This document shows, piece by piece, positions 55,701 to 64,000 of a stretch of 64,000 nucleotides of DNA. The stretch is taken from positions 24,318 through 88,317 of the forward strand of contig JAQGDQ010000847.1 of NCBI GenBank assembly GCA_030141605.1. The letters are read 5' to 3'. Origin of the DNA: Tubiluchus corallicola. Lineage: Eukaryota; Animalia; Priapulida. Below the pieces are notes generated by a model. That model did no database searches. It was not told the origin of the DNA and saw only the letters and a program-made list of their open reading frames with translations. The translations under genes were made by a program, and so were the position numbers. Position 1 is the stretch's first letter. Each line of letters opens with the position of its first letter.

Positions 55701-58700
55701 AGAGAAAAATAGGCATTTTTTCATGAAATTCGGCCTATGCCGTACCTCTGCTACTATGAGGAGTTGGGCCAAGCGGATTCACATAGTGAATACTAGTGAC
55801 TAGTGGACCTCATACCTGAACTTTGGCCTGAATCGGTTTACCTAACCTTGTGCCGGAATTTTTCGATTTTGCATGGTCTTCTCGCGGACGCGTTCTTAAA
55901 TGCAGTAGAATGGATCTTTAACGGAATATGTACTAACATAATAGTGAACTCATAATATGTACATTTGTTTAATCGAAATACAATATTAAAAGCAGTACTT
56001 ACTTGTACCAATTAGTAAGAGTCATCATAACATACAGAGAAGCCAGTGCAAACATGACATGAAAGAAGCTATAATTATATGCCACACCCTCCTTCTCATT
56101 ATCCCAAACTTTGGCGTCAGCTGACTCAGGGTCACGGTCATTAGTCTGACTAGCAGCTCCTGAAAAGTTATCGATATGCATAAAAGTAATTTAAAATCAT
56201 TCCAAATAGCAACAATGTACACTACAAATGGAATAAATTTGGCTGGAAAAGCAGCATTTCATTACAAAGTTTTAATTGAAAAAGCTTTTCTGTTATCAAG
56301 CTTTCTAACAACACTTGCAGTCTTGCAGGAACTATTTACATTAATTCACTGTTATGCAACAACTATAGGACGATTTCTAATTAATCACCAATGCTAAAAT
56401 TTAAATGCGGTTGCTACAGTTACTAAAATAACAAAATGATACTTTGAAAACAAAACAACGTGTTCTATTCACACAGGCACAAGAAAAAAAAATCACAAAA
56501 ATATGAACTGATCAAGATGTTATAACTTTATCAAGCAATTAGGAAAATGCAAACTGCATCTTGTTTACTCAATCATTTACACAAAGCATTTAAGTTAGTT
56601 TACAGAATTGTGTATTAAAAATCTATCAAAGTTTATCAAGATACTAGAATAATTACCAGGAGTCATCAGGTGGAACATGACCATGATTCACAATTTCTCA
56701 GTTTTCTCTACCCTCAAACCCGATCAGGTTTGAGGCAAACCGAAATATTACATTATAAATGAACTAAGATTAGTAAGGTAACTTAACGATTAATTGTTTA
56801 CAGTGAATACTTCACTATGGCAAAATGGTATCTTAACGATATGAAAAGAGGGTGCCACAAATAAGTGTCCGACGATAATTACCTCTGGTTCACCTTAATA
56901 GAAGTTATTACTTTGTACGATGTAACAGACAACATAATCACGTAGCAAAAATTTCCTTGTCATACCAATGATATAGTGTGATTCAAATTCATTATGAGTT
57001 GTGTGGCATCATGTCTGCACTATAAATGACATTAAATTTATTCTATCAAAGATGTATATCAATCAGCTAAGGAATGTAAAAAAACAGCTAAAAAGCTATC
57101 AAGTGCCTCAAAATCAATGAATACAGTTGCTGTGGTATTAGACAAACATTCCCATACAAGGAAAATCAGACAGTTATTAGGGACACCCTGTAACTACAAA
57201 TTCTTTTACCTTCTTCCTCCCCTATTAGCACTTTCTCCCCCGAGAACCCCATCTTTGATGCTTGGGTACTACTTGAAGATCGGATACTGCAAACCAATAA
57301 ATAAAAATAAAGCAGCATGCTAAATAAACACAATGCACACAATAATTACCTTCATCATCTAACAAGACTTTTTCCTGGGACATGGTCAGTTTACTCATCT
57401 GACCTGATGACCGGCAACTGAAATGATAAACATTCCGGGGTATAAATAACACAAAGCTCACTTTCAAACACACAGTCTACTCTGTAAATTACCTGCAGAC
57501 TGCATAAAATTTTTTTTATACATTTTGGAACGCTTTCTTTAGTCAGCACACTTCTTAAATGAACTGTTTCAGTTAGCTGGTTTATACTGCTCATCAGCCA
57601 AAGCCTGACTAAAAAACACATATGCATTTTTTTCAAACTTACATCAAGACAGGCTTACTCATGCTGACGAATGTGAAACTTTGTATTAGTTTGTGCATTA
57701 GACAATGTATAGGGCTTCACACTCACATTTATCATTCAAATTTGTGCTTCTCCTAGATCACACACAGACCAATAACTTAAAAATGTTTGACAAAATAAAT
57801 GTGCTCTGCTTCCATAGATAAAAAGCATTCACAATTGAACATTTTGAAAAGCTGGCTACTCTAGCTACGACTGATAATTCGAAAATGTGACAGGTAAGAA
57901 ACACACAACTTGTAACAAACTAAAAAAGCATTTCAAAGTAAAATCTAGTAATTGTAATCCAGTTAACTCCATTTATGATAGATCTGGTTAACTTGTAATT
58001 TCAGTTATTTCGTATCACAACTAAGTTCCATTGAGCTCCAGAGCTGACACATAAAATAAGAATCAGTTAAATCGTATCACATATATCATATTTTCACTTA
58101 TTACGCTATTAATTTCCAAACCATCGAGCTTAATATGTCCACGTTTTTCCATGTATTTTGTATTTAAATAAATTACATTGCTAATCAGAAAGCATACAGC
58201 AAGATACATACATGTTTTTACCTAATATGCCATATTCTTAATTTTTTTTCTACAGCTGTCCCAACTAACCATGCTGCAGAGTGCAGACTGCGGTGTGATA
58301 AAAGAGTAAACCACTTTTAATGAAGGGGTGAAGTTGCCCTGGGGGTTTTCTCTGAGCACGAACCTAACTTCACATATGAATTCGGTAATTAGTTCACCAA
58401 GGTAAGGGTAGCAGACTTTGCAGCATTTATTTTTTCTTTTGTGAAATGAGTAATACAGCTTCATGTGGAAAAACTGAGTGCATAAATACTAAGTAGTAGC
58501 TCTCACAACTGCTTTGTGAAGGTGTTTCACTGTCTATGTAAAACTGGCTGTTTGCTTTACAGACTTTTATTTTTCGCTCATTGCAAGAAAGGTGAAACTG
58601 CAATACAAACATGAAGAAAGAACATCAATCAAAAATAAAAAAACAGCAAATGTGCAAACAAATAAAGAACAAGCATTAACAAATTAATAACAAGCATACT

Positions 58701-61700
58701 GAAGCAGCAAATAATTAAAAAATTAGACCATTGAATGCAGCATTACAGAACACATCACAAAGTAGCATGTACCTGCACACGCATACACACCTACACAAAC
58801 AACACACATATGCATGTGCTCTTTAAACAGTTACAAGAAATCAATAAATTGGCATGATTGTGAAAATAAACAACATGAACAACTATTAAGCCAACAGCAA
58901 ATAAATTACTGCAAAGCTCCACACAAAAATAAGCAAACAAATGCACTTACAAATGTTTGAGGTCTGCATAGCAAACTTCAAGCCAATTTTCAGTAATCAA
59001 AAGAGAGATACTGATTTATAAAAGTGGCATACTGAAACACAACTACAGGTGCCTATACAAGGCAAAAACAGGAACTTGCACACTTGAAAGGCTATCAAAC
59101 TTCTTATACCAGAGCACCCACACGTTAGACAAATGCACCTATTGCAAAACAATGACGCTCTCCAATCAACACACCTGGCTTAACTAAACCCACGCTAGCC
59201 AGGGTTTAACAGTCTAAATAGATTGACCAAAGCAGCAGATTCAAACTAACTTAAAATTACCTAAATTATTAAACTGATTATTAATCAAACTATAACAATG
59301 CTATAAACCTAAATTATTCCTATTCCTGAACTGCTGAGACATATGCACAGCCCATAGTTTTGGTCAAGCACCGATAATCACTCAAACCGTATTTCGCGTA
59401 ATTCGTAATGATTCGTTTGGTCTCTAGAAATACAAATTAAGTGGTATGACTAAACTGTGTTTTACTAGTGCAGTAAGTCCTCGCTTAATGACGTTAATGG
59501 GTTCCTGCGAAACACCATTAAACGAAGCCAAGACGTCTGCAGAAAATAATGTAAAAAAATTGATATGTTCTAGAGGAGAAAATTCACGCTGCTTAACTCA
59601 TACGAATTAAATGTTTTATGAGTTTTATTCATATTTATACTGTTGAATTTCCTTCTGTTTGCTCAAAACCACAACTTTCTTACCAATAGCTAGTTAAACT
59701 TACTAGTGACTTCTCTTTCATTAACACTGAAGCACCCTACATACGGGCAGTTAGGGGAAAACACGGCAGTCAAGGTCAAGACCAAGCCCAAGATCAGGAA
59801 AATCTCACGTAGTACTAGCCTGGTTGTATTAGCAACGCGTTGCAGACAATATTCTTTGACATAAAGTTTGAACTCGGGTGTCCGGCAGCGAGTAGACCGC
59901 AAACCGATCTAGCAGGATACAAACAGCTAGCATTTAGTACGTAGTCAGTCAGGAAGCAAAAACTAAATATCCGTACTGTTTTACATTAGTGGTACGTTTT
60001 TAGAACAGAATAATACAATATGTACTGTATTAATGCTTCAAATCAGGTAAAACAGTTGCAGATAATATACAAAATACCTTTGAGTGTGTTTAAGTGAGAA
60101 AAAGATGTCAAATGTTCAGTATCGTTAAAATGAAACATCGCTAAATGGGGAGTCATTAAGCAAGGACTTACTGTGTCAACAAAAAGCAATATATTTTACC
60201 CTTGTTCAATTTTTCAGTAAAAAACAATACAAACCTGGAATACAACACACAAACAAACCAGATTACTAAGCCAACAATTGACTGTGCATCAAATGAAGGG
60301 GTTTTATCTTTTTCGGAGTTTGCAGCTTCAGTGGATTGTATTACAGACAGCAGATTTGGGTTGCACGTCTTATCTAAAACACAGATATTCCAGTTACAGC
60401 ACAGGTATTGTTAAATTAAATAATAAAATTCAGAACGAAATATCAATTGCTGATCAATTTCTAAATCCATGTATCAGTTATTTAAAGTTAACCTTAATTC
60501 ATATTTCATAACAGTAGAAATGTGAAAAAGGCAGAATTGGCTCACAGTTCCGCATCTAACCAACACTTTGACTCCAGCCTTCAGGTATATGTCTAACAGT
60601 GTTCTCTATTGCAATAAATTTGATATCTCTTTTTGTTCAACAGACCTAAAGTACCTACTAATTCACTTGACAAAGAGAAATTGCTTCTCAAATTCTTTAG
60701 CAAGAATTCTAACACAAGAATGACAGAAACAGTACATGTTCTTCCACTAGTTCCACCCCACACCATATTTTCATTTTTGGCTCTTGCCCATCAAAGGTCA
60801 GTCACTACATGTAAGCTTACAAAAGCTCCCATAAGACCTCTGTTCATTGGTTTCTAAATACAAGTAATTTGTGCTACTTCTTATACCTTTACCCCAGGAC
60901 TAAGATGCTAAACAGCTGCTTATTTAGAAATCAAGTTTTTCTCTCAGACCTCTTATCTGGGTTTTTTCATCAAAAAACTGTTTCTTGTTAACTAAATGTT
61001 ATTAACATAGCAGGCACCTCAACCAATACTGCTTTTTTATCTTTCTATCCATGTGTGGCTATTAGCCTTTTAAAGCAACTTGCACAGCAAAATCCATTTA
61101 AATCCACATTCGAATTGCCATAAGCATCATAAAGGAAAAATGTCGCAAAACAGCAATACAGAAAAAACAGCCGACCTATCTGGTTTGACTGTTCAAATAG
61201 AAAAAACAAGTCACGCAAAAATTAGCCGCAATTTGCTATTCATCACTCTCTAACTGCGAATAGTTACCTATTTACAAGATCTTCAATTTCAGCAACTTTG
61301 CAAGTCAGTTTTAGGCTTAGAATATGTCTTGGGAGTTAATTAAACCAAAATTGAACATGGACTTTGGGAAATTTAGTTTGTAAATTCAAAATTGCAAGAA
61401 GTTGAGCAAATAAAAAAGAAACTTAAATATGTGTAACATATGAGCACGCTTTCCTTGGCAAACTTTTGAAATATATGCTCAAACTTGCTCAACAGTACAA
61501 ACTATTCAAAAATTTAAATTAAAACTGTACCAGATTCATTGGTCATGGCTGACCAGGTAAGGTAGACAATGTACAGACTGATGATTGAAGACTGGAGAAG
61601 TCCTGAACGAGGCTGAGCTTCCTGAACTTTTGGCAGAATAGACACAATGGACATGACAATGCACAGAATCATGTTGAAGCTAATGAAGAATTTATTCAGA

Positions 61701-63932
61701 CCACAACCAGCCTAATGAAGAAATGATAAAAACACATAGCTGGCAAAAATGTAACATTACGTAAGTCAACTAAAAGTCAAGACGTAACAGTTGATATAAT
61801 ATGATTTGATAAACTTCTTATCTTACTCTGCTTCTCGTGTAAGCTTGCTTAACTTAGATCAGTGTTCCAAGTACTTAAGCAACACTTTCATCACTAAAAT
61901 CAGTAAAAATTACCACAGTTGCTTCAGTATTACAGTAACTAAAATTACTTTAAAGCAAAAAACTTACATTTCCGTAATAAATGTACAGCAGTACGATGAT
62001 CGCAATAACAGAAATATAGAGTAGTGAAGAGACGGCAAGCAGAGCTGAAAAGTAAACCCATTACAAATACCGCAATACAAACCATTATAGAAAACAATTG
62101 TGATTATACTCGAACACGTATTAGTAATTTTGTCATAAATTTCTACATGACAGTACCATGTTCCAGCAAAATGCAGGAGTAAAGTGAATTATTATTAAAT
62201 GAAATTGTTAATTCCACAGGCAATAATGAAAATACATGGGGATGCAATCCCCAAGCATCTCAACGAAAAATCATTAGTATTTGGATCATGGAAATCAAGT
62301 GTTTCACATGTTTTATTGTTTACATTTAAGAACCAAGCTTACAACTAAACTATTTTTTCAACTTTTTCAAAATTTTAAAGCCATTTGGAAGTTTTACAAA
62401 CTATTTTTATTTTAATCGCATTAGAAGCCAAATTGGTCTTTTTTTGGTATTTGACTGTTCTAGTTAGGCAAAGGTTCCAAGAAAATTCACTCTTTCAACC
62501 ATAGCTATACCACCTTGGAGCCCTGCTCAAACCTATCAAACAACCTAAGCAAACAAACCATATGAAGGGCTGCATAATCAGTTTTGGTAAGCACTACCCT
62601 ACCCGAGGAGAGATTTTTTTTGTGTTTTATTCTACCCAATGAATCAAGAAATTGAACAGAAGATTGTACGAAGAGCATCATAGTGACCAACTGGATGATA
62701 ATTCTGAGGGAGTTTGATGAAAGATAGATAATAACGATCGATAGTAATAATATGCAGAACAATAAAAATGAAAACAATTTTTTACAATTTCTAATTTAGA
62801 AAGTTTTTCTATTAATTTACGGCATTACAAAAAAAATTAATTATTATGAGCAACTAAAAACAAATATTTTGCCAATTTTAGCGAAATAAAAATCATTCTC
62901 GTTCTAATGATCATTACACAGTCAATATTTTGTTAAATTTAGAACATTAAGTATCAGTTTCCATTTTAGTTTCAAATATTATGGATTTTCTTTGCTGTTA
63001 TATGCTACACCATACTTAGAGGAGCAGGACTCCTCTAATGCAGATCAGCATCCATCTATTATCTCTGTACCAGAGGTGACCACAGTATTTTTCTGAAACT
63101 TTGGGCTACATTAAGATTATTAACCCTATTTAAAAATGATATTAAAACATAACATCTATAGGCTTACGTATACTACATTAATGCAATATACAACATATAC
63201 ACATTTCTAACATTCGGATTAGATTCTTCTGATATTCGGATGGTATGGAGATCTGCACACTTTGAGTGCAATTTTGAAAACTCAGTTCAGGTCCGAATTG
63301 GAAGACTTGGATTGGGAAAAAATATAAAAATCCTACATAGATTCACACTGGCAAGAATGTAGTTCAAACACTACTAGTGATAGCCTATCCCATACTGGCC
63401 CAATAACCTACCTGACGAACTAGCTACAAAACTGCATTTATCCATCCCACATCCAAACTGTATCTATTTAAAGTAATCAGTAAGTACACACCACTAAAGA
63501 TACATATGCATAAACATATGCATTGGTCATATCACACACATATATATAAAATACATTTTGATGTTTACCAATAAACCAAGACTTGTTATTGGATTCCTCC
63601 ATCCGTCCCACCCAGTTTTCTGCCCAACTGTGTGCAAAGTCAACGATCATCACCAGCTGAATGAGGATGAAAAGAAATCCACCAATCAGGCCAAAATACA
63701 TCCATACTGCATAAATATTTTCAGGAATTAATGCATGTTTAATTCATAAGACAATAATTAACAATAAATTATCATAATAAAACCAAACATATACAATAGT
63801 AATGTATAATGTATGATAGTTAATATCCTAGGTATGTGCATGGACGTACCACTTGCAAATTTGCTGTCATACTTGATAAAGAATGCTCCGACGCAAATAC
63901 CAACCAACATGGCAAACTTGATAAACCAAAAC
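52782..63932 (-). CDS. SERINC: Serine incorporator (SERINC/TMS1 family), 3' part; 5' exons lie beyond the window
   Basis: Exons 63932-63850, 63706-63569, 62044-61968, 61711-61531, 60373-60235, [57417-57350 or 57286-57210], 56159-56003, 52920-52782(TAA). Motifs [62 protein letters not shown] and NREF. Confidence 0.96.
53155..55895. mobile_element. 2.7-kb TIR DNA element with TTAA target duplication (Kolobok- or Sola3-like), in the last SERINC intron
   Basis: TTAA|GAACAAGTCCGCGAGAGCACCATGCA and TGCATGGTCTTCTCGCGGACGCGTTC|TTAA; contains the Cys-bearing ORF 55187-54921. Confidence 0.8.
57210..57286 (-). CDS. SERINC: SERINC alternative exon B (77 nt)
   Basis: TTTGCAG|...|GTAAAA; encodes (S)[25 protein letters not shown]; phase 2 to phase 1. 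Confidence 0.8.
57350..57417 (-). CDS. SERINC: SERINC alternative exon A (68 nt)
   Basis: TTTCAG|...|GTAATT; encodes (S)[22 protein letters not shown]; phase 2 to phase 1. Confidence 0.8.
59471..60173. mobile_element. pogo/Tigger-like MITE (703 bp)
   Basis: 21-bp TIRs CAGTAAGTCCTCGCTTAATGA / TCATTAAGCAAGGACTTACTG (1 mismatch); flanked by TG on both sides. Confidence 0.85.
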
Positions 63933-64000
63933 CTAAAAATTTTTTTAATAACTCTGAAATAAGTACAGCAAAGTACTAATACATTACATACTTAACTTCA

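Overview
AT-rich genomic DNA from an invertebrate animal (GT-AG spliceosomal introns, microsatellites, many transposon relics; taxon not determinable from sequence alone). Six host genes could be assembled by hand. (1) An aristaless/Arx-family paired-class homeobox gene with a polyQ tract and OAR motif (+, 3161-6752). (2) A 91-aa cAMP-dependent protein kinase inhibitor (PKI) gene that the ORF track misses entirely (-, 14536-16464). (3) An unnamed gene encoding a Frizzled cysteine-rich domain, a ~400-aa Ser/Thr-rich stalk and two FG-GAP-like 'DYCR' repeats (-, 31448-34713, 5' end unresolved). (4) Intronless dolichol kinase (+). (5) Gamma-secretase subunit APH-1 (+, 6 exons). (6) The 3' part of a SERINC gene (-), which carries a pair of duplicated, frame-enforced mutually exclusive exons. 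Mobile DNA includes five LINE copies (one near-complete with a variant 2A-like NPGP motif), hAT- and pogo-type MITEs, a TTAA-flanked 2.7-kb TIR element, Helentron-like dispersed repeats and a tRNA-type SINE. The most promising novelties are the Fz-CRD/mucin/FG-GAP-like protein, the SERINC mutually exclusive exons, the variant 2A LINE and the DOLK/APH-1 arrangement. All family assignments come from motif recall, not database searches.
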